Shown here: piece by piece, positions 13,948-25,029 of the stretch
Numbering within the stretch: the first letter of the stretch is position 1
Layout: each line of letters starts with the position of its first letter
From: Lama guanicoe
Taxonomy: Eukaryota
Direction: 5' to 3'
Length of the DNA: 64,000 nucleotides
Assembly: GCA_013239625.1 (NCBI GenBank)
Contig: MU053652.1
Coordinates: forward strand, 1,116,001-1,180,000
The notes under the pieces: model-generated
Told to the model about the DNA's origin: nothing
Database searches by the model: none
Seen by the model: only the letters and a program-made list of their open reading frames with translations
Program-made: the position numbers and the translations under genes

Positions 13948-14125
13948 TAAGCACAAAGACTCTGCTGTATAGCATAGGGAACTATACTCAATAACTTGTA
14001 ATAACCTATAATGGAAAAGAGTGTGTATGTATTATATATAAAACTGAATCACTATGCTGTACACCAGAGACTAACACAACACTGTAAATCAACTATACTT
14101 CAATAAAAAAAAAGAAATAAAATAT
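13948..14125 (+). mobile_element. Short L1 3' tail
   Basis: ctgtatagcatagggaactata...ctgtacaccagagactaacacaacactgtaaatcaactatacttcaataaaa. Confidence 0.88.
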
Positions 14126-14224
14126 CTCCCTCCCCCCAAAAATTGTAAAGAAGCAGTGTAAAGACTGGCACTCACCCCATTTATTTAGTTACCCAGTATG
14201 TGCTGAGTACGTTCTGTGTGCCAG

Positions 14225-14725
14225 TGTGAAGGAAAAGCCGGGCTGGTCTAACAAGATAACTCACAGGTCTAGGAATGTGAAGGAGAGGCTGGGCTGGGCT
14301 AACAAGATAACTCGCAAATCTAAGTATTGGAATACTGATTGATCTGAGTTCAGTATTGGAATACTGATTGATCTGAGTTCTGCTGGACTAACTTGTGAAT
14401 CTAAGTTAATTAGTGTTGGTTTGCTGTTCATGTTTTTTTGCTAGCCAGCTGGGTTTTCAAAGATACATATCTGGCTTCGGAATGTTGGTTTGCTGCCTCC
14501 CCGCCTCCACTTTTGTGATGATAATCCTGCTAAAGCTGTTCCATGCCTATTGGCCGAATACCCCAAGCTTGTACTTTACCCTATAACCCTATAAAATGCG
14601 CACGTCTCTGAGGTGCTCAGAGCTTCAGAGCAGAAGCCCCTCTGAGCCCGCCGGCGTAAAACATCTGAGTGCTCCAACCCTCCGAGTGGTGCTTGTTTCT
14701 TGACTGGCCTGTCGTTTCCGTAACA
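14225..14725 (+). mobile_element. Young ERV1-type solo LTR (family B), 501 bp
   Basis: TG...CA termini; 4-bp TSD CCAG at 14221-14224 and 14726-14729; U3 tandem repeats; TATAAAA near 14591; retained CpGs. Confidence 0.9.
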
Positions 14726-14794
14726 CCAGGAACTGTGTGAAATACAGAAGAGACGTTGTGTGAACCATTATCCCCTGTCTCAAGGAACTTAAGA

Positions 14795-15100
14795 TCTAGA
14801 TCGGCCAAATCTGCCCCTGCTTGTTTTTGTCCAGCCCAAGGGCTAAGAATGGTCTTTACATTTTTTTAAAGGCTGAAAAAAAAAAGGATATTTCCTGACA
14901 TGTGACAATGACCTGAAATGCAAATTTCAGTGTTCATAAGTTAAGTTCTGTTGGAACACAGCCCTGCTCACATATGTGTATATTGTCTCTGGCTTTCTCA
15001 ACACAGTAGCAGAGTCAAGTATTTGTAACAGAGACCTCAGGGCCTGCAAGGCCCAAAATATTTGTTATCTGACCCTTTTAAGAAAAAGTTTGCCAACCGT
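14795..15100. mobile_element. MER58B-like hAT-Charlie DNA transposon
   Basis: ggccaaatctg...gctaagaatggtctttacattt...ttggaacacagcc...gaaaaagtttgccaacc. Confidence 0.8.
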
Positions 15101-15139
15101 AACTAGCGGACACAGGTAAGTAAGAGGGGGTCTCACAAA

Positions 15140-15441
15140 GGGGTCAATGCTAGGCCTGGGAACCAGGAGAGCCCAGGGCAGGAGAGCCACCACCCAGCCC
15201 CAGCAATCAGGCAGGGCGGGCCAAATTCTTCCTTCCCCTTCTTTTGTCTTCTATTCAGGCCCTGGGCAGATTGAATGATGCCCACTGAGGTTTGGGAGGG
15301 CAATAACTGCTTGATTAAGGCCATTGATTCAAATGCTAACTTTATCCAGATTACCTTTCCAGACACACCCAGAATTCCCATTTAGCCAAGTTTCTCAGCA
15401 CCCTGCGTGATCCAGTCAGGTCAATACAATTAGCCATCACA
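15140..15441 (-). mobile_element. MLT2-type (ERVL) LTR fragment
   Basis: gattgaatgatgcccac...gattcaaatgctaa...cagacacacccagaa...ccatcaca. Confidence 0.75.
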
Positions 15442-16108
15442 GTTTCTGACTGACCCTCATGAGCTATTTATCTTTTCAGAACAGAGAATGCCTTTTCTAA
15501 CTCATACATTTGTGCTGAGGATTAAACATGTCTCAAGCTTCATGAAAGAACAGAAGGCCATATAAATCTGATATTATTATTATTGTTGTTGTTGTTGTTG
15601 TTGTTATTATTATTATTTTGTCCGAGGCCCTTTCTCATTTCTTCTATAATACAGCAGACTTTTAGGAGATTCTGAGAGGCCCATAAGCAGCTGCCAGGAG
15701 CCCAGTCTGTGCACAGTGAGCACTTCCCGGCCGGGGAAGTCTGCCGCTGTGGGCAGGATGGGTTTGCTTGGCCCCAGGATGTATCTTATTACTCATGGGA
15801 AGCGCTGACATTTTCTAACCTCTTTGTTGATCAAAGCTTCCAGCTTCCAAGCACTAAGGAACTGTAAGCAACCATGAAAAACTATAGGAAGATTCCTGCC
15901 TCTGACAAACAGACCAACCTTTGACCAGGACTTTTCTTTGAAATTTAAAAAAAAAAATCATAAAGAAGCGGTGGGACCGTCCTCAGCCCCGGCTCACTTT
16001 GTTTCCTGGAAAAAAAAAAAAAAGACAATGTTTAGGTGGCAGATGGTAAACCTCTTCACATTACAGGCATCTCACTTTCCTTGGACTGTTAAAGGGACGC
16101 TTTTCACA

Positions 16109-16594
16109 TGTGAACGAAAAATACTGCAAACCCTATCAATGAACAAAGAATGCTGAAACCATCAAGTCATCAGCGGCTGCCACCGCCCCCAGTGAAGACA
16201 AGCCTGCAGCCCAGCCTCTGCAGCCATTCACAATGTGCACCCTGAGGGGACTCAGAATAAGAAAGGACAGGAGACTGGCCCTAGATAGCTAGGTGCTGGT
16301 CAAAGGAATGAATTCAATGAGCCAAAATGTTTGCTCCCTCCCATACATAGACAAGCAGTAAATTCTTTAACTTGAGGTGTCTGGTTTATTCAGTCTGGTT
16401 TATTCAGTTAACAAGTAATCTTTTAATGTTCCAACTATCTGGTCTTCGTTGTGAAACTCCAATATATCCTAGCTCCTCCCCTACCTCTTTGGAGCAGTCC
16501 CTCAGAGCGATCTGAGAGGCTGTCATCCCAGCTCAAGCCCTCCCGCCAAATAAAACATACCTCTCAACTTTAAGGCTGTGCATTATTTAAGACA
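16109..16594 (+). mobile_element. ERV1-type solo LTR (family A)
   Basis: TG...CA termini; 4-bp TSD CACA at 16105-16108 and 16595-16598; AATAAA near 16549; inverted homolog of 12448-12926. Confidence 0.9.
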
Positions 16595-17577
16595 CACATT
16601 TCCAAGTAGTTGATCTTTGATTGTGTTTGCTACTTGTGCAATGTCTGGGGAGAAAAAAAATATCCTGTTGCTTTGCAGTATATGCAAAGTATCTCACCCT
16701 GGTAGAAGGCAGTTTTCATCAAAGGGAGAAACACGCAGGGAAAGGGAGAGGGAGAAAAGGAGCGGGGAGAGACGGAGGGAGCAGCGAGCCATATCAGGAT
16801 GTCATCCATCCCCTGGGCTGTCAAAGAAGAGGCAGTCGCAGAGAGAAATGATAGCAGCAGGGGCTCGTCAACATCTGGAATTCACCGCTCATCACGTCTT
16901 GGTTCAGTCTAGGTGAAAATGTTAGAAAAAGATCTATTCTGCTTAAATTCATTCATTTTCACAACAGCCGAGAGAGGCACCAAGTATAACCAATTCCATT
17001 TTGCAGATACGGGAAGTGAGTACCTAGTGTTCTATGACAGAGGGACTGGCAAGGGAATCCAGAAACATCCGTTCCCTGGGCCAGCTCTGGCTTGAAACAG
17101 CCAGGTCCCCTGGGGTCCCCTTCCTTTCATCCTTTACCTCTAATAGCATTTCCTTCTCTGAGGTAATTATGAGCGGTAGTGCTGAGGTTCTACCATTAGG
17201 AGAAAGAATTTTTTTTTAAAGAAGTTGAAACTCTCAGACTCTGGAGTCCATCCCTTAAGCTTCCTTCTCTTCTTAAACACAGAAGGGCAGAAACATTCAC
17301 TGTTCTTAAAACCAAGATAAATCAAAGGCAAGAGTCAAGCTCACAGTTACAGATCTGTCATAGAAAAGATTTTCCCACCATTGCTGTAGTTGGAATTTAC
17401 AGGAAGCAACATGTGTCATGTCAATTGCCTCACATTTCTTTCATGCTCCCTGTTCTTGAGAACTTGACAATCTAACAAATATGTTTCTCCCCAACCACAA
17501 AAGTCAGCTTGATATCCTTGTTTCTCCTTAAGAGATAAAGGCCCTGAGACAGAGAAATGGCAAATGGCTTTTCTTGT

Positions 17578-17670
17578 CTTTTTTTTTTTAATTGAAGTTC
17601 AGTCAGTTACAATGTGTCAATTTCTGGTGTACAGCACAACGTCCCAGTTATGCATATACATACATATATT
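17578..17670 (-). mobile_element. 93-bp L1 3' tail with perfect 20-bp TSD
   Basis: Poly-T plus L1 tail between two copies of tggcaaatggcttttcttgt (17558-17577, 17671-17690). Confidence 0.92.
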
Positions 17671-20502
17671 TGGCAAATGGCTTTTCTTGTGGTCTTATCA
17701 AAGTCAATAGAAGAGTCAACGTTTGAATTATAACTCTGGGGTTCCTTCTACGTAGGCTTACTAATAACATACACAGTCCAACCCTCGGCTGACTAGACTG
17801 TAAAAAGGCAAAGAAGAATAGTAAACTAGGAAAACATTCACTGGGGGCTCTGGGCACTGTATCACAGGATCCATCACAGGGATCTAAAGACAAGCACTGA
17901 TGATTCCTGCAAAAGAACAGAAATTGAATGAGGAGGGAGAAGACAGCATCTCAGACTCCCTAGTGCCTCCAGCTCCTCCAGACAGTTCTTTGGCAGGAAG
18001 CTTGTTACACTCATTCAACAGGCTCTGGAACATGCAAGATATAAGCTGAGAGATGGAAGCTCACGTCTTGGTGCTGGTGGCTGCCCAGCCCCTAAGTCTG
18101 AAACTGAAGGATGCCCGCTAGCAACAGGGATCCCAGACATAGTTTCAACTGTTGATTCTGCAAGGGAAGGACCTGATTCGCCTTCCCTGAAAGACTTGAT
18201 ACACATCACATCATTGTTTCAACTCCGAGAGGTATCTGAAGACATTGAAAATTTCCCCATCTGGCATCCATGTCCCCAAACTTGCCCACAAATCCAGGCC
18301 ATAGCTCTATCTCTTCTTTTTCCTGACTTCTGTCAGATTTGTGCAGTACGAAACAATTCAAGATTAAAGTGACAAATTAACTGTTAACTGCTAAATATTT
18401 AATGTCAAGAAAAAAGCCATTTAAAACCCATAAAAATTCAAGCCATAAATCTAAAGAGTACAGTGGAGAAATGTTACATTAACTTGGATTTTGCGGTACC
18501 TTAATATTGCCTTTTATCAGATGGTTGCCAATCAGAGAACACACGGCACATTTACTGCGTGAATTTATGAACATGTTCCACTAACCCCATCCATTTTCTC
18601 TGTGTTGTTTTTTTCTTGGCATTTATAGTGACTTCAGTTTGTCACTGCACAAGGAGAAGTGATTTAAAATTTTTTCTTCCAGCTTTGGCCCTTCTTTAGT
18701 GGAGTACCCTCAAGGCCAGCTTACTTAGCTTCCATCACCCTCAAAAATTCAGGTTGTTTTTTAAAATGTAAGTGATAGGATCTAAGGCAGGACTGGAAAA
18801 GAGCTAGAACCCAAGTTGGGGATGCTCTCTCTTCCCACCTCTGCCAGTAATTCACTCTCAGAATCCAAGTTGTTACTTTTCATGGATTCTACTGCGATGG
18901 CTGTGAGGGTCATAATACTTGCCTCAAAGCCATCTTCCAGAGAGATAGAGGGAGTTAATAAAGTAATAGCAAGGTGAAAATGACTATGATGTTAGAATAT
19001 TCCTTGGATTAAAGTGGTAATAAAGGAATGTGAGTCAAATGAGAGCTTCTGGGCCTTTCCTCATGTTGTCTTCACTTCCTGAGATGCTTAATCTCCACTT
19101 CTCTGTCTATCCACAGGGATGCCATATACAGCTACATAGGTTGGGTGGTGCATTCCATTCACAGAGCTGTCTGTATCCTTACATCCCACCTCTGGGAGGC
19201 CTTTCCTGATCCCCTCTGTCCTCAGGGCGCTCTTGCTTTGGTGGACACTCAAAGATGCTACCAGAAGTTCTTCAGATAAGTGCCTCTGACCCCAGTCTCA
19301 TCAGAGGACTGTGACCCAAGGAACCTTGAAGCTCTAGGATGAACAGCCAAGAATGAACAAAGAAGGGAGCTTTAACCCCACGAGTAAAACCCAGTCCCCT
19401 CAGTGAAGCTGAGCTACTACAGGGAACCACAGCCACTGCCTCAGGGAAACCAAAATGGGTGTCCAAATGCAACCAGCCCTTTCATCTGACAGGAGACCAG
19501 CTGATGCTCCAGCCTGAGATCCCTCTGAGTTCTTGGGATACTGCTACCGTGAGTCCTTGGATGGAGAGGGTCACAGACACTTTTCCCAGCCTCCACTTCC
19601 ATCCTTGGGAGTCATCAGGAACTGGGTTTAGTTGAGCTGGGTTTAAATCTCACCTTGGTTCAAACAAGAGCCTAGAACGTTTCTATTAATATCATGCAGG
19701 CCCCCAGCCCAACTCCTGCTGGAGACCATGACTTGACCAGTTGGTCATGTCATTTAAGTCTGGCGGGTACACCTCCCCATCACTGCTCTGTCCCACTGGC
19801 CAGGCCTGTTAAGCAGCCCAGGACAAGGCAGCTGAACTAAGAGTTTGATGGTTGTCACACGTTCCCTGTGATAAGTGTTGAACATAGTACTGCACCATGA
19901 CTTCAGCCTGGAGGATGCCAACTAGGTCGCACTGATCTTTCTATCCCCAGGGACCTGAATAGGGATGAATGTACAGTGAGTATTCAAAAAACGTTTGTTA
20001 ATAGTACCATGCCTATAAAATGAGCAGTTTTAAATTTCCTAAAGTAATAAAAAGAGCATTGCTCTAGTGTCATCTATTTTTTATTACCTTGTGCTTACAT
20101 GGCTCTGGTTAGTAACCCAAATCTGTTTCCATGGTGAATGTGGCAGGACTGTGTGATTATGGATCTGGAACTTCCTCTTCCCTTTGAAAAAGCTATATGA
20201 TTACCAGGACTATAACTTTACCTCCCTTTGTAAATTATTTCTATTATTTTGTAGCTAACCTGTCCCTGCCAATGACCCCCTAGGATTGGCTTCTCTTGCC
20301 ATGTGGTTGACTATTTCATGGAAAGGTCCTATGAGTGTTTAAAGAGAACTAGGACCAGAAATTCCTAGAGGTCACAATGAGGGAAAAAGAGATAACATTT
20401 CTATGGGGCTATATGACTTCACTTAATCCCCCAACCCATTTTACAGATGAGAAAAGCTAAGTCAGAGAGGTAAGAAACTACATAAGCTAGGGAAGGTCTT
20501 TA

Positions 20503-20594
20503 TGTTTTTTCTTTAATGGAGTACTCGGGGTTGAACCCAGGACCTGTACATGCTAAGCACACACTCTACCACTGAGCACCCTCCTCCACTGTAC
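20503..20594 (-). mobile_element. tRNA-derived SINE (vic-1-like) inserted in a MIR
   Basis: ttgaacccaggacc...tgctaagca...ctctaccactgagc; TSD ctagggaaggtcttta / ctagggcagatcttta. Confidence 0.85.
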
Positions 20595-21129
20595 CTAGGG
20601 CAGATCTTTAAAAGGAGAATTTGATTCAAATCCCGATATATCTGACTTTTAGAGCCCACAGTCCTTTCACATGTAACGCTTTAGAAGAAGTTGAGTTGGG
20701 AAGATAACAATGAAACTGTCAAAGGCCAAGGAAGTAGGTGAGAAAAATGGTGTCCTACACAGATGGATTGTTGGGTGACGAAGAAAGACAAAAAGTGATG
20801 ACATTCCTGCAATATCTGGACTGGATTTTATCCAAGAGAAGGATAGGGTCACATCTCTACCATTAACTGTTGTCTCCCACTGCTTAGCACAATGCCTGCC
20901 TCCTAATCTGGGCTGAATTTATTAAAGAAATTTCCAATCTCTGACACGAGGCTTTTTTTGCAATTAGATCTCAGCAAGAATAATCAAATGCACCTTCATT
21001 GGTTTTAACTACTATCCTTGCAGATTGTTCTATGAATATATAATCAGTGGTGCCTCATAGCTTCCCCTAAATCTTTCCTAAATGACAATTGAGAAAAGTT
21101 ATTTTAAGCAGTTTAGTTTGGATAATCAG

Positions 21130-21335
21130 GGACCATCCAATGTGATAGTCACTAGCTGTGTGTAACTATTTAATTTTAAACAAATTAAAATGAAATGAAA
21201 TGAAAAAGTCAGGGCCCGAGTTGCACTAACTACATTTCAATTCTCAAAGCCATGTGTGGCTAGTGGCTACCACACTGAATAGTGCGATTAGAGTAACATT
21301 TTCATTATCACAGAAAATTCTATTGGACAGCAATT
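21130..21335. mobile_element. MER3/MER33-like hAT-Charlie DNA transposon
   Basis: gccatgtgtggctagtggctacc...atcacagaaaattctattggacagc. Confidence 0.75.
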
Positions 21336-21452
21336 TAGAGCACAAGCTTTGGTGTCAGGCAGACCAGGGCTGGATCCTAGTTGCAGTATTCAATAGCTGT
21401 GTAACCATGGGCAACTGATTAACTGACATCTGTAAAATGGAAATAATATTAT

Positions 21453-21760
21453 CTGTCTCAGCCTAGGTTCCCAGAAAACAGAGCCCAAGACGGAGGGAGG
21501 GCTATGTGCAAATACTCTGCTGGGGAGTGTCATTGCAGAGAACAAGAGTAAGGGATGGGCAGGAGGGCAAGTGAGGAGGGAAAGAAGGAGGAGCCCATTG
21601 TGGATGTATGTTCCAGCCGACCTCAGATATGAGCAAGTAGCTACTTGACTCCGTGCGACTTCCTGAAAAGCCATGTAACTGCAACTCAGGTTCACCTGTC
21701 TGGGGAGGAGGGGGATGGGAAACATTTATCCATTTGTTCCTACCCTCTTTGCCTCCCTTG
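21453..21760 (-). mobile_element. LTR16-like LTR adjoining ERV-L internal sequence
   Basis: Starts tgtctcagcctaggttcccagaaaacagagccc, like the reverse of LTR16 ends; directly adjacent to the ERV-L remnant. Confidence 0.55.
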
Positions 21761-21769
21761 TTGGGGGTG

Positions 21770-24070
21770 ATTCAGATATTCATCACTGAACAGTCTAAGC
21801 TGTAGTTGCCTTGTCCTTGCCAGGCAGTGATCACAGCAATCTTCATTTACCATCACTAACATGCCTCGCATTGAAACCCCTGGGTTGCAGACTTAGTCTT
21901 CCCTACGTGTGTTGTGTTGCAGTAGCTCCTTGTGGCAATCATGGTCAATCACCCTTGTTAGTGTAATAGTTCCTGTCTTAATCTCCTTTCTCCTTGTCCT
22001 TCAGCATGTGGGTCCCAAAGCGATCAGGTGGTAGTGGCAGCTTCAAGTTCAGTGACGGCGTCTCCTGGAACCATCCACTGCACTCCCTGTAGTCTAGCCA
22101 TTGGCATCCCAGGTATTAGAGCTCCTCTAGGGCTCAAGAGCACCAAGAACTATTTCCAAAAAGGTGAGCAATTCTCTGATTCAGAGGGTATCACTCCAGA
22201 AACCTGCTCCAATCCTCATGTCAGGGCTTGCCAGAATCCTCACATAGAATTCTCACCCATCTGGGATTCCCATAGCACTCTTCCATCTGCTAGGGCTTGT
22301 GGCCCAAGCAACAGGCCAGTTTGCCCCCGCAGACTGGACCCATTGCTGAACTATTTTTGTGTTCCGGATCCCACTTGAAAATGGAAGCCTTTCTGCTCAC
22401 CTGATACATTGGTCAGAAGAGTATTTTCAAGTGCAGGATATGCTGCTTCCCAAATCCAAAAAAGTTCGTCAAACACAGTGCCCCCTCAATGACAGGAGGT
22501 ATAAGGTACAAAAACGTGTCCTCTGCCTCAGAATGCGTATCCAGGGACATCCCAGACCCTACAGGCTTCTACAAATTTTATTGCCAACTACACATTTACT
22601 GGAAACACGGAGGAACATGCCAGAAGACACCACAGGGATGCCATTAACAAAATCCAACAGGCAGGAAAAATGACCCAGTTTCTTTAACAAATAAATTGCA
22701 AGGGGAAAAAACCAGAGATGGAAGGGAACTGATAAATTAGAAGAGACTTTAAAAACATATTAACTAATTGCAACGTGTAGGTTTTATTTGTACTGTTATT
22801 CAGACAGCCAATTTAAAACATTTTTGTGACATTTATGAAACAATGGGAAATTTGAAAATGACTGAATTTTTGATGATATGAAGGAATTATGAAGTATTTT
22901 TAGATGTGAACATGATATTATAATTATGTTCAAAAGAAGTCTTGTCTTTTAAGAGGTATATATGGAATATTTATGAGTGGAAGGATATGATACCTGGGGT
23001 TTGTTTCAAAATCATATGGGAGGGGGGAAAATGAAAGAAATTATAGATGAAACAAAGTTGTCTATGAGTTGATAATCGTTGAAGCTAGGTGAAGGATGCA
23101 TAGTGATTTGTTACGTTATTCTGCCTAATTTTGTATATGTTTGAAGTTTTCTATGATAAAGGTTTAAAATTTTTTAATTTCAAATTTCAGAAATTATTAG
23201 TAAGTAATTACATCAGTAGTGCTTGCAACCTGAGTTTTGTAGAATTTATCTCCACACACTGGCTCATGTACAAGGGCATCCAAAACATTTGCTAAAACAT
23301 TTCCTTCTCCCCAGATCCCATTGTTATGATGTTACTGGCGTTCTGATGGAAGGTCAGGGCAACCAAATCCCTGCGGACTCTGCTGGGGCAGAGACCGGAA
23401 AAGTGAGCACAGCCCTGGGCCAAGACCGTGAATGCACTTCTGTCCCTTTCAAGGAAAGTCAAACTGATTCTGATCATCTCCATAAGGATATGGATGTGAA
23501 AGAAGGCGTTTGCCAAATCAATAGCCACATACCACGAGCTGGGGGCTGGGTTGATCTGCTTTAGAAAGGACACCCCAGCCGGTGCAGCAGCTGCTATTTG
23601 GGGCTACCACCTGGTTAAGGTTTATGGTTATTATCCACCATGATCGAGCTTGGATATTTTGTTTTTGTTTGTGTTTTACAGCATCCAAAGAGGTGAATTG
23701 AATGGGAATATTATAGGAACCACTAGCCCTGCATCCTTTCAGCCTCTGAAGGGAGCACTAATCTCTACCATCCCCTCTGAGATCTATGATTGCTTTACTG
23801 TCTTGCCTAGAAAGGTGAGGGCGGAGGGCAGTGACAAGAGCTTCCACACTGTCCTTCCTACCGTTAGTGGCTTTACTTCCAGAGGTCAGAAAACAATAAG
23901 ATTCCTCCAACCTCTGAGTATATCCATCCCAATGACATAGTCGGGCACTTTCTCATAGTAACCCATGCTGAGCACAAAAAAGAGAAGCTCCAGGGCAGAC
24001 AGCATGAGACTGAGGGTGAATATCGCCAGGTTACATCTGACTGAAGCTGGTTGGACTCTGTGCAGGACTG
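21770..24070 (-). mobile_element. Degenerate ERV-L internal region (pro/RT and dUTPase-like remnants), interrupted by an L1
   Basis: ORF 23292-23573 reads LKQINPAPSSWYVAIDLANAFF...FTVLAQG...VRRDL, matching ERV-L RT motifs. 22300-22480 resembles the RT thumb (FGFxxQHIxHL, FKWDPE). Stops and frameshifts throughout. Confidence 0.85.
22575..23185 (+). mobile_element. Old L1MC/L1ME 3' UTR fragment inserted into ERV-L RT
   Basis: aaaatgacccagtttctttaacaaataaattgca...gataatcgttgaagctaggtga...; RT homology is present on both sides. Confidence 0.75.
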
Positions 24071-25029
24071 GTCACTGAGCATTGGCTAGATTAGCAGGTA
24101 AGTGAGGCTCAGAGGCATTGAAGCGATGTACAAGGAGAGTCCTATACAGTCAAATCCATGTCAAAGGATTATTGAGAGGATTAAATGTGAAAACCATGAA
24201 ACGCTACATTGCACATTACACATTTAAGTACTCAAAAACTGTTAGCTACTCTGTCATTACTGTCATTATAATTATTATTGTTTCCCTGAGGAATAGACCT
24301 TTTATTTAGGAAAAGAGCAAGGTGCCGAAAGCTTAGATTGTTATCCCACTACCTCCCATCATCTCTGGGATATTTTTCTTAAGGAATTCGTTGGTTTGCT
24401 TGGCCCCATAAGGCATGCAAGCATAATTAAACTATAGTAGCAAATACCATTTTACCTCTTCCGCCAGACCCTTTCCTGGTAATTTGAAGTTTTGTTTTTT
24501 TTTCCAGCTGCCTTCCCTTCCATTATTAATTAATTTTTAACTTAGTAGCCATGCTGGATACTTCTTATTCTTTAAATGAGGAGTATCTTCTTTTTCAGAG
24601 CCCTGTTGTGATTTCATTATGGCACCTGGATTCTGAGCCATCCTTAATCTGAATCTTGCTGACTATATTATGAGAGTCACAAAACTTGCTTTCATGGAAT
24701 GTAAAATCCTAGAAACTTTCAAACTAGTCCAGAGGGAAAAAAATGAGAAAAATTAAAAGGAATCCATTCACAAGAAAGTAAAATGGGAACAACAAAAAAA
24801 TAAATAAATATTGAATAGAGAGGACGAGTATACAGATGAGATGCTAGATATAAACCTAAGTAAATCAGTAACTGCTTGCTAAAAATGGTTTCCCTAAGAC
24901 ACAAAGATTTTCAGGCTAGATTGGAAAGATCCTAATACATGTTATTTACAAAAACACTTCTAAGATATGAAGCTATAGAGAGCTATAGATAAGATACAGA
25001 AAGATATAGAAAATTAAGGGAAGAAACAT

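Noticed and set aside
14323..14380. CRISPR-like 29-bp palindromic direct repeats
   Set aside because: Two adjacent copies with no spacer, inside a mammalian LTR; no cas genes.
12448..16594. One provirus or DNA transposon bounded by the two family-A repeats
   Set aside because: The repeats are inverted, each has its own 4-bp TSD, and there is no gag/pol or transposase between them.
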